From positions 16,246,001-16,310,000 of the forward strand of contig NC_087437.1 in assembly GCF_036321535.1 (NCBI RefSeq): 64,000 nt of DNA. The letters are read 5' to 3'. The position numbers and the translations under genes were made by a program. This document shows positions 24,891 through 38,322 of the stretch, one piece after another. This stretch comes from Camelus dromedarius (Eukaryota). The notes below the pieces were generated by a model, which was not told the origin of the DNA, made no database searches, and saw nothing but the letters and a program-made list of their open reading frames with translations. Numbering within the stretch: position 1 is the stretch's first letter; the number at the start of each line of letters is the position of its first letter.

Positions 24891-25489
24891 CACTGCCCTG
24901 TGTGTTATCATAAGGGTTGTGTATAGGGAGAGAACAAAACAAAGGGATCCAAGGGCTCCAGATATCCCTGTTCTTCTTATTATTGAAAAGACAACAAGGC
25001 AGCCGGGGAAGTGAACTTCTTGTCTGCACCAGCCTGGACGATGCTCATGCATCTCCGATGGGCCTCTGCTGATGTATAGGGTTGGGTTCATGCATCTACC
25101 TTGTGCTGCAGGCTGTGAGCTCTTCAGGGGCTTGTGCATCACCATATTCTCAGAGATGGGCTCAGCCCACAGGAAGCACTCAATATGTGTCCTTGGAATG
25201 GTAATAATGGGTAAAGGATAGAGGTTTGTTCAGCCACAACAGCCCAGTGATGATGGAGACCAGCAAAGGGATCACAAAGCCCACTAAAGGGTGAGGCTGG
25301 TTACAGAATACTGAGCCTCCAACCATGATCTCTCACTGTGCTCTGGACCTGGGCCAGCTCAGGCCTCCTTCAGTCACCATGTGTGTTGGGGGTCCCAGCC
25401 ATGGGGCCTCCTCCTCATCCTGGGGGACTGTGTCCCCAAAACAGTAGGCAGAACTCATGCTAACAACATTTTTCTCTTTTTCACGGAAA

Positions 25490-25733
25490 TCCTTCCAAGT
25501 TTCTGGAATCCTGCAAGTTCCCTTACTTACACTGGTTTCTCTGTGGGGTACTGAATGCTGGCCCCCTTTCTCCTGTCTGTGGTCTCTCCTTGCAGGGGTC
25601 CTTCTTGCAGGAGAGAAGTGCGAGGGCTTTGCCAGGGCCACACAGAGGGACAGGCATGCCAGGCCCTCAAGGATGCCACTGAGATTTCCAGCCTCCTCTC
25701 TTTGTTTGCATTTATATCGCATGGTCCCTGGAG
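25490..25733 (+). pseudogene. Cadherin EC remnant
   Basis: LTLVSL.G/VLN..PPF; GEKCEGFARATQRDRHARPSRMPLRF (V.ATD.D...L.Y) / ISSLLSLFA; donor gag|gtgaga. Confidence 0.5.
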
Positions 25734-25964
25734 GTGAGAGCCTTGCCTCTAAGACTTGAGCTCTGCTGGGGCAGAAAATAGAAGAGAAGAAGGGTCTGCA
25801 GGAGACAGAGAGACAGAGGCAGCCACAAAAGTGCCAGAGTGGAACTGAGGCCACTAAAACTAAAAGACAGTCACCTAGCCAGACAATGGAGAGCTTGATT
25901 CAACCGCTGGAGTTGAGGCTCATGAGTTCTGTAACCGTGGGCAGGATAATAACACCCCTCTGCT

Positions 25965-26390
25965 GAACTGTACTATGTGTTGACAACTGTTCACTCCCCC
26001 TCCACCCAGGCTATGGTCCCCTGCCGGCGGAGTGTATAATTCCCCACTCCAATGATTTTAGGGTTGGCCAAGAGACTTGCTAATGAAATGAGAGAGTGGA
26101 TGTGATGGAGGCCATGTATGAGCTGAAGTTTTAAATATGCTCCTGGGATTTGGCTCTAGTCTTTTCGTTCCAACCCTCCACCCCGAGAACAGCCTGTCTG
26201 AGAAAGTGGCCGCCCCTTCAATCTGCATGGGGAGCCCAGCTCAGTCTAATCCAGCTGAGGCCAGCTGAGCTACCCCAACCTGTAGCCCCTCATGTAAAGA
26301 AAGTCAGGAAGAGAAGAGTGGTTGATGGTTGTAAGCCCCTGACAAACTGGGGCTGTTTGTTATCACCCTGAAAACTAACCAACACAACCC
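25965..26390 (+). mobile_element. MLT1-family LTR
   Basis: gggttggccaagagacttgc..aatgaaatg...gttgtaagccc.tga...ggggctgtttgttatcac....aaaactaaccaacaca. Confidence 0.6.
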
Positions 26391-27049
26391 GTCATGTGCA
26401 TGATGAGCGCTTTCCCAGACAGTACCTTCTTAGCTAGTGCCATGTGTGTTTAGGGGGAAGGGATAGTCCATGTTTCCTTTCCCTCGTGATCAAGTGAAGA
26501 GATGGAGACTGGGAGTGAGTAGAGGGTGAATCTAGCACAAAAACAATGTGCTTCCCATCCCTCCCAGCTTCTTAACCACACCAAGCCTGACCCATCCTCT
26601 GGATTACGTACACCTGGGCCCCCTAGACCTGGGATTTGTCAGAATCCCCTGGGGCTCCAGTTGACCAGCTAGATTCCTATCCCCCATCCTGAAGCCGTGC
26701 GCCCCTTTGCCACGGGGTGAGTGAGTCCCAGACATCCACGTTCTTAAGAGATGATTAAAAAAACTCCGGGGAGGGTCCTCGTCTGTCAGTCAGAAGCAGC
26801 CACGTGCGGCTCACCTCTGCTCCTCATTAGCTGTGACCGGAAGGCACGTCACTTAACCTTTTATCAAAAATTACAAGAAGAATATTTGAACCCTCTTTTT
26901 TTTTAGAGCTCTTGGAAGAACCAAATGAAGTGATTAAAATGTGTGAACATGCATCGCCTGTGGCGAAGTGATGGGGAAAAGGGCCTGGCTGTGTGCATCT
27001 TGGGCCTTTCAATAGGCTGCTGAGAAGCAAGCACTGGTGAGCTCTCCCT

Positions 27050-27240
27050 TTAAGGGCTGTGCCCCAAGGAGCCTCACTTCTCCAGTGTTTGCCGCAAGGA
27101 TGGCAGCCTCCTCATCTCCGAGCAGCCTCCTCATCTCCGAGCAGCCTCCAGCGCCACTCACACTGGCCAGGCGGTGGAAATAGGGGGGACGGGCACCTTG
27201 TCAAGGGGAATTATTCGGACACCTGGAAAAGACCAACAAA
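27050..27240 (+). pseudogene. Cadherin EC remnant with an internal 19-bp tandem duplication
   Basis: AVPQGASLLQ / CRKDG ... GGGNRGDGHL / GELFGHLE. Confidence 0.4.
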
Positions 27241-27616
27241 AAGCCAACCTGAATAATAGGTCTGAAGGTGCCAGACCAGCTCAGCAGGTTACAAAATTGT
27301 TAACTTGGAAGGCTGAGCCGGATTCATTTCTGTTTCCTCATTAATCATTTCAGCATCTTCTTCGGATGCTGAGAAGCCCTCAGTGCACGAGCAGCGGGAG
27401 CACATCTTGAGGAAGAGCCGTTCTCCTCTGCCTGCTCTGGGACTGGGAGCAAGCCCCAGCATCATGTGGTCCCCGCCCCTAATTTCCCAGGTGGGGAATT
27501 CGAGGCCCCGAGGGGTAAAGGGCCTGCCAAGATCACACAGCTAACCAAATTTTGCCATGTGCAGCCAGGAGTCCTCTCCACTCCATTCTGCTCGAGAATC
27601 ACGCTTCAAGAAGGTT

Positions 27617-27730
27617 CGTGTGTGTGTGTGTGTGTATGTGTGCGTGTGTGTGTATGATTGAGTGTACCTCTGTGTACGTGATTGCGAGTGGATGTGAGAA
27701 GGCTTTATGTATGTGAGAGGGTGTGTGTGT
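27617..27730. repeat. (TG)n-rich simple repeat
   Basis: gtgtgtgtgtgtgtgtgtatgtgtgcgtgtgtgtg and degenerate continuation. Confidence 0.85.
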
Positions 27731-28919
27731 GATGGGGAAAGCACTGATGAATGGGGGCCTACAGGCGGACTAAGCACAGGGTAGGGGTGCCTCTCCCTTT
27801 CCAGGGCTGCACATTTTCTTCCGCGCACAGCCCTAAAAAGGTACTGCCGAACTGCCCTCTCAGCTTCCTCTTTCTGCCATCACACTTCTTTCATGGATGA
27901 TAAGTAACATCTGATTTCACTCCGTGGTTTTGTATTCTTCCCACATTCAGTTCTCTCTGACTCCAGGACTTAACTAAAATCACGCAGACTGCCCTGAGCG
28001 TGTCCTGGGCCCCCTCTACCCTCCAGCGAATGGACAGAGGGTGGTAGCCCAGGGAAGAAAAGAGAAGTAGCCTGGGAACCACGGCGTCCACCCCGACATG
28101 ATCCGCACCCAAGGCCTGGATGGAAAGTGTGAAGTGTTGACGTATTTTCAAATTATTCTTTTTAATCTCACAAGCCTAAAATGGAAATGTTGGCAGATCC
28201 CAAAAAATTAGTAACTTGGAGATACAAAAACTACTATGTAGCTCTGTTTAACACATGCTCTGGCATATTTAAGATATATTTTAAATTTTGGAAAGGCCAA
28301 AAGAGTTTGGCTTCTTTAAGGAAAGGGCTGTCAGAAGAAGACTGTACCATCCTGCACACTGTGGGCTCCGAGGCTGAGGCTTTAGTGGGTTGGGGTTGGG
28401 GGGGGGGGAGCTTCTGTTCATCAGAAAAGGCAGGGCAGGCGAGTGGAGAGAGCCAGGCAGGGGACAGAGGGCACAGCTGGCCGGTGGCAGTGACCCTGTC
28501 ATCAGGTAACCACAACCTGATTAGAAGGAAACCAGACTGGGAACCACAGGAGCTTTCATTTTCTTTGTGCTCTGACCACAAAGGGAACAGAAACAAGAAG
28601 TCAATCGTCTCTTAAAGGGACTTGGAGAGAAATGAGGAAGCAAAGACCACTCCCCCCAGCAAAAGCCAGGCCAGAAGGAACGTGCACCAGAGGTTCCCAG
28701 ACAGGCAGGGGCTGGAAAGAGTGTTAAAAGGATTCCTGGAGGAGAACCTTAGGTCAAGCAGCAATTAATGACAGCTCCCGTTCAAACGCAGCAGGCTGCG
28801 CCTCTCTGTTCTGTGTCTCTCTACACCCCAACAAAACCTCAAACTTATTCTTCTATGGAGTAGAGTTAATTAATGCGTAACATTTGTTTGGTTTTTTTTT
28901 TAATCCTTTCTTTTTATAG

Positions 28920-29130
28920 AATCCTGACTGACTGGATCTGAAGCACTATCATTGAGATGTCAACTGTTTACACCTGGAGAAGCAGTGTCACCGTACCATC
29001 CAAACCCAGCGGAGCCTTCCCTGTGTGATCGGTGACAGTCAGTGGCTCAGTAGCAATGGTCCTCATGGTAGGAGAGAAGTGATAGGAATAAGACAGGGGG
29101 CAGGCCATGCAGAATTTCCTTCCACCTTCC
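28920..29130 (+). pseudogene. Possible cadherin exon remnant
   Basis: Acceptor ttctttttatag; STIIEMSTVYT / VSPYHPNPAEPSL / GAGHAEF. Confidence 0.35.
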
Positions 29131-30069
29131 AGAGCTGCACACCCACCCTCTTCTCTGCCACTAGGAGAAAATTCAAATATGAATAAGAGTTGTATTGTTA
29201 TAAAAATAGCTTTGAAACAATTATGGAGGCCACATGAGTTATACTTAGTTGTTACAGGTGTGGCCACACATCCTTGTGCTGTGACATCAAGTTAAAAACC
29301 ATGGTTACAGATAAATGAAAGAGAAAGAGGTGTGGGTGGGAAAGCTTCTGGGGCTCCAGACCCTGTTGAGGTCTCAGGCTCCTTGTCCTAGAGACAGAGA
29401 ATGCAGGGCTGTCTCTGGGCTCCCTTCCCTACCAGCCTCAGCAACGCTCGGACAAGTTCCCAAGCATGAAGGAAATCACATTTGTATGATTTTTCTTGCT
29501 TTCTCTTCTTTGTACAGGCACTCAAACTCACAGAATATTTCTATTAATTTGGGATACTCTTCATCTCAAAACCACACCAAAACACATCCCATTCATACCA
29601 ACATCAGGACAATTGTCCGGATGCTAGGATCTTCTGAAACCTTCTTTACTTTTAGGAATTTTGAGAAAGCACATATGAGAAGGCACTTATCCCTCACCCA
29701 AAAAGGCACTGACTATTTTAGGACATTTGTAGCCAATGTTTTAGTTTGCCTGTATCCTGATTTAGAACAAAAAAAAATGTATACAAAGTTAGTTACTTCT
29801 TCTGCTATGTCCCCCAGCTATTTTGTTCAACTCACAATGATGGAATTTTCAAATAGCATTTAAATTATTTGTCTAACTTAGCTTTCTCTCCCTTGCCCAG
29901 ATGATGATCTCTTTGAAGAATGGGATCAGGTCCTATTCACGTCTTTGCACGCCCTTCATCAAAGGGTCTGCATATAGACATTGATTAACAAATGTTTGGT
30001 TTTGGATGTCTGGATGCACATAGAAGTACAATATGATCTGCTTCCCAAAATATATGAATGTGATCTGCT

Positions 30070-30420
30070 TCCCATTATGAGAAAGGACCTATAATTTAAT
30101 AACCAAGTTTGTACACCCCTCCCTTTCTGATTAGAAAGCCTACAGCTATGGGGTTAGTAGCCAGCAGCCTAGAAATGGTCTTTATTGAGGTAAATTGTGG
30201 TCCCCCTGAGTTGTCCGAGATCCTGATTTCTGCTAAGATCTCATTCAAACTGGTCCAGCCAGGGCGTTGAAAAGCCTTGAGCCAAGTCTCGTGGTGCTCC
30301 CTGCTCGCCCACAAGGGCTGATGTGAGCTGATGGAACTCCACCTGCCTGATCACACCTCTCCTGGTACGCCGAGCCAGTTGCCCCATGTTGGTTCCTGGG
30401 ATTGACTGTGATGACATTTT
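30070..30420 (+). pseudogene. Cadherin EC remnant spanning a repeat junction
   Basis: Single frame: HYEKGPII**...GLVASSLEMVFIEVNCGPPELSEILISAKISFKLVQPGR*KALSQVS; then (shift) LVPGIDCDD. Confidence 0.7.
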
Positions 30421-30699
30421 CTAGGCTTAGCCATTTCCTCTCACTCCATATGCCTTTTTAGTTCTCCTGGCCAAAAAGGATTCTCTGAAAACTACTGAGA
30501 AACTCATTTATTCCAAAGAGTAAATGATTCGCAAGGTTTGGTGTATTACTCCTCCTCAAAACCTTTGCAACTTAAAGGGGACGACGTCTTGAGTCAAAAA
30601 AGGAATCGTGGCATTTCAGGCATAAGCATACACTCAATTCTTTGCTCCTGGGCATACAGTCCCTGTCCAGAGATACTGGCTATTCTGCCTTCTTCCCCT

Positions 30700-32220
30700 G
30701 CTCAGTAATGCCATCTTCCTACCATTCTCATTCATAGATGATGTTGGCCCCTGCATCATGTGACTTCATGGTCCACATGGATGACCATCCAACATTGAGA
30801 TGACCATCAAGTCCTCTCAATCATTTGATTTTCTCAATCCCAGTGACCATCTTCCCTATTCCACATTGGTCACTTACTCCCCAGACTACCTAAATCTTTT
30901 CATCATGTTTCATTTTATGCATAAGTCTTAACTTTCTCTCCAGCTAGCTTGGTCAACTTCTGCCCAAATGGTTTTTGAGCCTCCTGGGAACCTCCAGTCA
31001 ATGAATTCTTCACTCTCTACCAACCCATCACCTAGCTTCTTTCTTTATTAACCTCTTTATCCAGCTTAGATCTCATGGCCCATCACTCCACAGCACTTTT
31101 TTCAGAACTCCAAACTTCTCTGTCACTCTGTCCTTTTATCACACCCACCTGGCAAAAAGGCAGCTCTGAATGGACCCAACTCCCCTCTTGCTCTGAGGCG
31201 GAGCACATGTTGAGTCCTACTGAAAAAGTAACACACAACAGGGCAGATCAATTTCACCATGTACTCATGAGAACTATTCTCAGGTGTCTCTCAACCCTGT
31301 CCGGCACACATGCCACTTTTCTCTCATCAACTCTGCAAAACGCTTCCAGTCTAATCTGCCCTCCACAAACTTCTGACTCCCTCGCTTCCTCCTTGAGTCT
31401 CGGCTTACAACCCTGCCTCTTACTTCTTAGGGAACACTGAGTCTGTTATGCGGAACTCTCTCACCCACCCAACACTGAGTGCTTGAGCCCACCCCCTCCC
31501 TCCTGTTCCCTGGCCTTTTCTCCCTCCCACCAAGCAAGGCTGGTTCCTCCACATGGCTTAAGAACCACCTTCTGCTGCCTTGTCAGGAAATGTGCAGTAG
31601 CCACCGGCCTTTCTTTCTCTTGTTCCCTCTCTAATGGGTTTCTCCCAAAGGCATTGAAATACCCATAAGTCTTTTCCACTTAAAAACTGCCTTCTCTCAA
31701 CCTTGCATACCCTCTAGCTATTGCCTCATCTTTCTTTACCCTTTAAACCAAACTTCCTAAAAAGGTTGCTTCATTTGAAGTTCCTCACTCTTCTCACTCC
31801 TCGGCCTACTCCTGGCTGGCTTTAGTCCCCATCATTCCACCAGAACATCTCCTGCTTGGGTCACCAGAGATCTCCACGCCCCTAGTCCCGTAGGCATGTT
31901 TGCATCCCCATCTCCCCACACTTGACAGGTCCTCACTGTTGGACCCTCCCTACTTCTCAACACCCACTCTCTTCCCTTTGCTCTAGTGACACACCCCTGC
32001 CCCACTCCTAGATTTCCTGCCAACATTTTTTTCTGTCTCCCTCACAAACCTCTCCTTCTTTAATTGACTACTTCATATTGGAATTCCTCTAGACCTGGTC
32101 CCAGGCCCCCCTCATCCTAACACTGTAAACTCTCTCCCTCAGCAAACTCACCAGCTTCATGGTTTCAGATTCCACCTACACATAGATGAACTCTGAAATC
32201 TACCTTGCCTCGGTCTCCAG
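30700..32220 (+). mobile_element. L2 LINE (ORF2 region)
   Basis: gacttcatggtccacatggatgacc..., ccccatcattccaccagaac.tctcctgc..gggtcaccag.gatctcc, gaccctccctacttct. Confidence 0.75.
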
Positions 32221-32235
32221 TTCTTTAACCCCTTC

Positions 32236-32350
32236 ACACTTCTTATTCTGCAGACTCTCTCTAAACGACCTGGGCACCATGTCTTCATCCAGCCATCTTG
32301 CGATCAGAATGTCAGGGAATTCGTAAACCAGTTCACCCAGCATCCAGCAA
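32236..32350 (+). pseudogene. Cadherin EC C-terminal half remnant
   Basis: RLSLNDLGTMSSSSHLAI / NVREFVNQFT equals L.V.D.G..S....I.V..VNEF. Confidence 0.55.
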
Positions 32351-32769
32351 TCCTCCTGACCCCAAGCTGCTGGTGTCCATGCTGTGACAAATCCCATTCA
32401 CTCCAACCTCAGAGCCTGCCCCACTGTGTTTCTCCAGTTGGCAAAGGATTAAGGCTGACTTTGGTGCCCAGTTGACTAGTTAAAAGCTTATCTCTGTGAT
32501 TTTTTTGTTGAATGACCAGGGGTTATACTATATAATGAGATTATGTTATTTAACCTCTCTAAGCCTCAATTTCCTCATCCAGAAGGTGGGCATATTAATA
32601 CTCACAATATCTAAGGATTATAGTAATTATATGAATTATTATGTAGTAGGCATAGAACCATGTCCACCATATAATATGCAGTCATGAAGGTAATTTTATT
32701 ATGATTGTATTTATATTCAGCCTTACTGATTCCTTACTGTGTTCTTCTCTGTATAGACCCTAAAATGTT

Positions 32770-33020
32770 TCTATTATTCCCAAGTCCTTCATGGAGAGAC
32801 ATTGACCTCTTGACATGGACATTCTTTGTTATGAAGATCAAGACCTCCACCACGTGCTCCCTCAGTGCCTTAAAGGTCCCTCTCTAGGTAGCCATGGAGT
32901 CGTCCTTCCTGCAGGCCCAGAGAGTGTGCCCTGTCTCCTTACAGGGCAGCCTCCTCTTCTTCAGGACCTCCGGATGTCAGAGCTCAGCCACCTCCCTCCA
33001 CCAGTCATCCACTCTACCTT
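32770..33020 (+). pseudogene. Cadherin EC remnant
   Basis: QVL / RDIDL / DILCY ... AGPES ... LQD. Confidence 0.45.
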
Positions 33021-33559
33021 TCTTATTCAGACTCTCCTACTTCTCCTTCTTTCTCAAGACAGAAGGAACCTCAAGACTCTCCTAGCCCTAAGATAAACAA
33101 ACAAATAAAATTAGATATTTCTCTTGCCTTCTCTCCACTAGCAATCTTCTTGAATGGAGTCTACACAAGCTTCTCTTCCCATCCTCTTGCCAGCTCCTTC
33201 CCAGCTCTCAAAGGCTTCCCCTCCCTGTAGGTGGGTCACCCTCCCCGGCAGGCCTTTCTGCCACATGTCACACAGCCCAACCCTGCCCCCTGTGGAGCTG
33301 CCTCTCCCCTAGGAGGCGCTGGTGCTTGTCCTCATCATGTTTGGTCTCCACTGCGGTCTCTTCCCACTAAGCAGACCTGTATTGTGTATGAACTTCTGCC
33401 TGTAGACTCAAATGTTCAAGAAACATTGCATTTCTTTAGTTTCTGTTAATTAGCTGAATTCCAACCCCAGGCTCTCATGCTGCTGGGTTGGTGAGAAATT
33501 CAGCCTCAGTCCTTTACGGGGGCTTCTTCTCCCTTCTCTGAGGGGCTTTGCCATGGTTC

Positions 33560-33930
33560 TAAGGCAGGACACAGCACTAAGGCACAGGGGGGACCTCTTT
33601 GGGAGTACAACATCGATCTGCTCTGAGAATTCCACTGTCTCAGGCTCTGAAGCCCTGCGTGCCCTGCTCTTTCCCACCAGGCTTGCACCCTTAGCTTTGG
33701 GCTGGCAACCCAGGCGTCAGGGGCTGCCTACTCTGAGGTCCTGCCAGTGCTTAGAGTACCGCCAGGGCCAAGGAGAAGGACCCCACTGCTCCCCTCCAGG
33801 ACCACAGAACTTGCCCAGGGAACTCTCTTCAATCACTGGGAAACCCTCCTTGCCTCTACGACCCTCATCTTCTACAGACAGCCTTGACCTCACAAACATC
33901 AGAGCCCTGCCCCATGAGGCTTATAAGCAT
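33560..33930 (+). pseudogene. Cadherin EC remnant
   Basis: LFG / EYNIDL / SENSTVSG ... QCLEYRQ ... TGKPSL ... LTNI (inside ORF 33553-33984). Confidence 0.55.
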
Positions 33931-34229
33931 AGAGTCTGTGACTTGCCCCAGTCAGGGAAGGAAAAACACAGAGAGAAAAGATGAATCCAGATCTCAGAAA
34001 AGTATCCCACCACCAAACTCATCAGTGTGTTTGCCAGGAGTTGGGAGATTGGGTTGTAATATTTTATTTCTTTTTTTTTCCCCAACGTAGCAGATATGAC
34101 CAAATATATTCTTGATGATGGGAATATGCGATTATGCTATATTTTTCTTTGCTTGCTATTGCATTTTTAATGTCTCAAAATGAATAACAAAATTTTAAAT
34201 CTCCAATAAAACTTTATCTTCCAAAAAAA

Positions 34230-35220
34230 CATTTCCCAATTTATATCCCTATACCATCTTCCTTAATGATCTCACCTCTTTTCACGGTTTTCCTTTTCAC
34301 CACAACGCAGGTGATTCTGAAATCGATCTCACTGCCTCTAAACCATCTCCTGCATGTCAGAGTGTCATTTCCAAGTGATCCCTGGACGTCTGCATTTGCA
34401 TATGCAAACAGGCAGCTCAGGTTCAACCCACTGCCCCGTTGACACAGAGCCCCCCTGCTCCCCACCATTCCCATCCATCATCGAGCCCAGTCAACTCAAC
34501 CTCAAAACCTCTCAGATCAATCTCCTTCTCCCCATCCCCTCTGCCACTCCCAACCAAAGCCACCCCCACTTCTCACCTGAAAAACTGCAACAGTTCCTGA
34601 ATGTCTCCTACTTACTCTCCAACCTCTGCTCCACACAGCAGCCTCGTTGAGATTTCAACCCCACACATCACGCGGGATCCTTCCTGCTTAAAGCCCTCCA
34701 GTGGCTTCCCTTCAGGTTAGTATCCAGACTCTGTAGCATGGCCTCTGATGTGGGCTGAGTTCTGTTCCCTCTCAGCAAGGTGTTCCCCTCATTCCCCACA
34801 TCCCAGCTCCCCTCGCTTGTTTCAGTTCCTCCAACAGGCCAAACTCTTTCCCACCTTCACACCTCACATGTGCCCAGTTCTTTCCCAGTGCTGTTCCTCC
34901 GTGCAGAATGCCTTTCCCCTTATTTGTCACTGGGGCAACCCCTACTTATCCAGGTTTCAGCCGAAAGGTGGATGTCCCCAGAGAACTCAGTCCTGATTTC
35001 CTACCTGAATCTGGGGTTCTTCATCTTCCCAGGGCCTTTGTGACAGACTGTGATGGTGTTTTTCTTTTTGTGATTTTTTTTTCGTTAATGTCTATCTTTC
35101 ACTCAATGTAGGTAGAGATGTCTGCGCACCCCACTCCCGCCCTACTCTCCTAGCAGGCTAGTTCAGTGCCAGGCATATAACCAGGACTCAAGAAAGGTTT
35201 GATTGAATAAACAAATGAAT
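34230..35220 (+). mobile_element. L2 LINE 3' part
   Basis: cctgcttaaagccctccagtggcttccc...; 3' end cagtgccaggcatata...gactcaagaaaggtttgattgaataaacaaatgaat. Confidence 0.75.
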
Positions 35221-36447
35221 GTCTAGGTTTGAGGCTCCTTTATCCTCCCTTCCTCTCCCCACCACCCTTATCTTCTATTGTGTTTCCTCCTCCAATCGTT
35301 GGTGCTTGAAGACATCCCACCCCTCAGGCTCAAAGTCCTTGTGTCCCCTTTGACTCCTTTTCCTCCTCACTCCTTCTATCCGACATGCAGTCACAATATA
35401 TCAAGTCTATCTTCACTTAGGTCCAACACACAAACCCCTCTTCTCCATTTCCAGTACTTGGCCCAGGTGACCTTTCATTTGGATGATTAAAATTGCTGCC
35501 TAGCGCCCCCTCCCCTGATGACTCCAGTCTGTTCTCCCCAGAATCTGCAGAATCATTTTCTTGAAGTTCAGATAGGCCTCTTGCTCAAATTAGCATACTC
35601 TCCCATAAAAATAAAATCTGAATGGAGCAATTAGAAGCAACAGATTAGATTTCAACACAGCAACATGAGTGAACCTTAAAAACATCATGTTTAGTGAGAA
35701 GAGTGAGAAAGGAGATGAGATTGTATCACACAATACCACTTACAGACATTAAAAATACATGCAGCAGAAGAGTAAACATTTTACAGAAACATATATAAGC
35801 AAAAAGACAAACATCAAATGCAAAAATGTAGCTCCCTATAGGGAAAAAGAGAACGGGAAAGTAGTAGGGAAGATAAAAGGGAAAAAATAAATAAGAGGAA
35901 GTTTGGCATGTACCAATCATGATGAATAGACCATGAAGTCAGGAGGATAAACAAGATCCCTAGGGAAAAACAAACAATAACAAAAAAACAACTTGTATCC
36001 CAGACAAGGAAGATTCAATTCAGTTTTGCAACTCTCTTCATCATTCTTAGGATATTTCTTTGCATATCAATGTGCAAAGTGTAATTTATATTAATCAAGC
36101 GAGCTCCATGATGTGCCTCAGCACTGAGAAAATAAGCCATCCACATCCTCACCTTACCCAACCCGAGACAGGTTCCCAGGTACAGCCCTCCTGATCACTT
36201 TCTGCTAATGATCACTTCACTCAAGCACAGTTATTCTTTTCACAATTTGAGCTACGTTAAAAAAAAAAAAGTCTAATACACAACCCTGAGCTTTACCACA
36301 GCTTTTGAGTGCACTAGAGACACTGTATTGATTTTGTCAGGTATAGCCACCTATGATGTACAGCTACATATTTCAAAGGAACTAGAAACTCCATTTTTAT
36401 CATTTTTGGTACCCCACACTAAAGCTCCTACCTGCTAGGAGTTACAG

Positions 36448-36930
36448 AATCCAAAATGAAAGTGCAGTCTCAGAAGGCACGAGGTCACTTGGAGATGAGC
36501 TTTGCTGGCGGAATCTGGGTTTCAAGGAGAAGTAATAAACACTGTGGACTGACTGGTCTCGTAATCCCCATCCGTCCCCTTCTAGCCAGCACAGATTTGG
36601 AAAGCATAAATAGTTGATCATGGGATTGCTAATTCCATCTGGATCTGCAAGACACTGAGAACACCTGCTTGCCATGGGATGAGTGTGCAATGTTTTCATA
36701 AACTTTTATTTAAGATCTACAGACAGAACTGATCTTAGTAGGGAAGCCAAGCCTCTCACAGCCTTTGAATCTAGCTAATGAAAATGTTAATGGTTTCAGT
36801 AGACACTGTAAAATAAATACTCGTAAAAGTTTGCACAGCACACCGTTATACGGCCTCATAAAATCCACAAGGCAATTACCGAGTTATGAGCTCTCTGCCC
36901 ACCTCCCCGGCACCAAGGTTAGCACAAGTG
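36448..36930 (+). pseudogene. Cadherin EC remnant, more than one repeat
   Basis: cag|IQNESAVSEGT...SQHRF / LDLQDTEN / HKLLFKI / TD / GKPSLSQPLNLANENVNGFSRHC...PSYELSAHLPGTKV. Confidence 0.7.
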
Positions 36931-37809
36931 GAGGTGATGGAGGAACTTGGCAGAGGGGAGGGGCTGCTGGAGCAGCATCCAGCACCAACCTGGGGGAGAC
37001 CTCGGCTTCCTTGTCTGTGAAATGGACATTTGACCTACAGTCCACACGCCTTTGCCAGTCCTCATTTCTCTGTGCTGCATGTGGAGGAGAATGCTGGCAT
37101 GGGAAACGCAAGCATGGGCTCAGTCCGGGTTTCACTTCTCGAGGCTGAGTGACCTCAAGCACGCCATGCAATCCAACGCCCCTCTAGTCACACTCCTAGC
37201 CAGCATGATGTGCTCCTAGTGGGCCGAGTGCTGGGTTTTACACTGGGCATCCCATTCAGTCCTCACCTAATGCCTAGCTAGGAACTGTGCCTGCCATTAA
37301 CCCCATTTTACAGATTAAAAAACCTATCCAAGAACCTGATCGATCAACCACTGCCACACACTGGCTCATAAGAGGGAGAAAGCAGACCCCCAGGCAGTGC
37401 AGGGCTGGGGTGCTCAGAAAGCTAACACTTTGCCTTGACCTTTGCCATGCATCATTCTCACTGCTCCAAAGAGGAAGGGATAAATACGCCATAATTGTGC
37501 AGCCACAGAGCTTAGGTGTGGGTGAAAAACAGACACAAAAGCATCAGCTGAATGTTGAACACTGAATCCAACACCTCTGAGCCCCAGTTTTCCTCATCTA
37601 CCTCTGCTCCCTCTCTGTCCACCTGCAGCTCCCAGGAGTCCCTGGCGATATGACAGTCAGTCCCTGGAATGGTGCCCCATTCAGGCATTTTTTCTCACCA
37701 GCACGGACCTCATCAGAGGAAAAACAACAAGAGTGATCTTAACTGGTTTGGTGCTATGCAGGTTATAAAACACTTGGTTACAGATTGCCGTAAAATTCAT
37801 AGAAATTAC

Positions 37810-38170
37810 TAAAATGATATTAGGGGAAATGGGACAGTTATTTTGTAGAATAAATGTTGGCTTGGTTTCTTTTGATGTTTCCGCAGGAGTAAGTTCAGGT
37901 TGTGCACTTAGGCAGGAATGTCACAGAAGGGGTGGTGCATCCATCCGGCGAGTCCCGTAAAGATGCACACGGTGTCGATTTGTCCCGCTGCTTGTGATGT
38001 TAAGTCTGATCACTGGGGTAAAGTGACGTCGGCCAGGTCTCTTCACTGTGAACTTACTCTTTCCTCTATATGACTGAGGGGATATATTTTGAGACAGTGG
38101 CAACATCTTATTTTTCATCATTCTTTCCGTCGTTAACTTTGCATCCTTGGATGAATCTTATCTGAACAAC
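37810..38170 (-). mobile_element. L1M 3' UTR fragment
   Basis: cagttattttgtagaat...tcaggttgtgca...ggcaggaatgtcacagaag...gatgttaagtctgatcactggggtaaagtg. Confidence 0.7.
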
Positions 38171-38322
38171 TATTACTAGAGTAGGATAAACAGATAAATA
38201 GAGATGTGAGAGACAGAGAGAGAACACAAGTGTGGTAAAATGTTAACATTTGGGGAATCTGGGTGAAGCGTTCTTAGGTTTATTATTTTTGCAATATTTT
38301 ATAAATGTGGTTAATTTGATCT

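Noticed and set aside
25531..25716. Minus-strand TATAAAT followed by an ATG and a gtaagt donor (apparent first exon)
   Set aside because: The peptide is unrecognisable and the region is better explained as a + strand cadherin remnant; an antisense lncRNA cannot be excluded
29315..29863. 182-aa plus-strand ORF
   Set aside because: No recognisable domain or splice context; probably a chance ORF
30181..30420. Minus-strand terminal-exon-like segment with AATAAA
   Set aside because: No homology in any minus frame, while the + strand carries clear EC motifs
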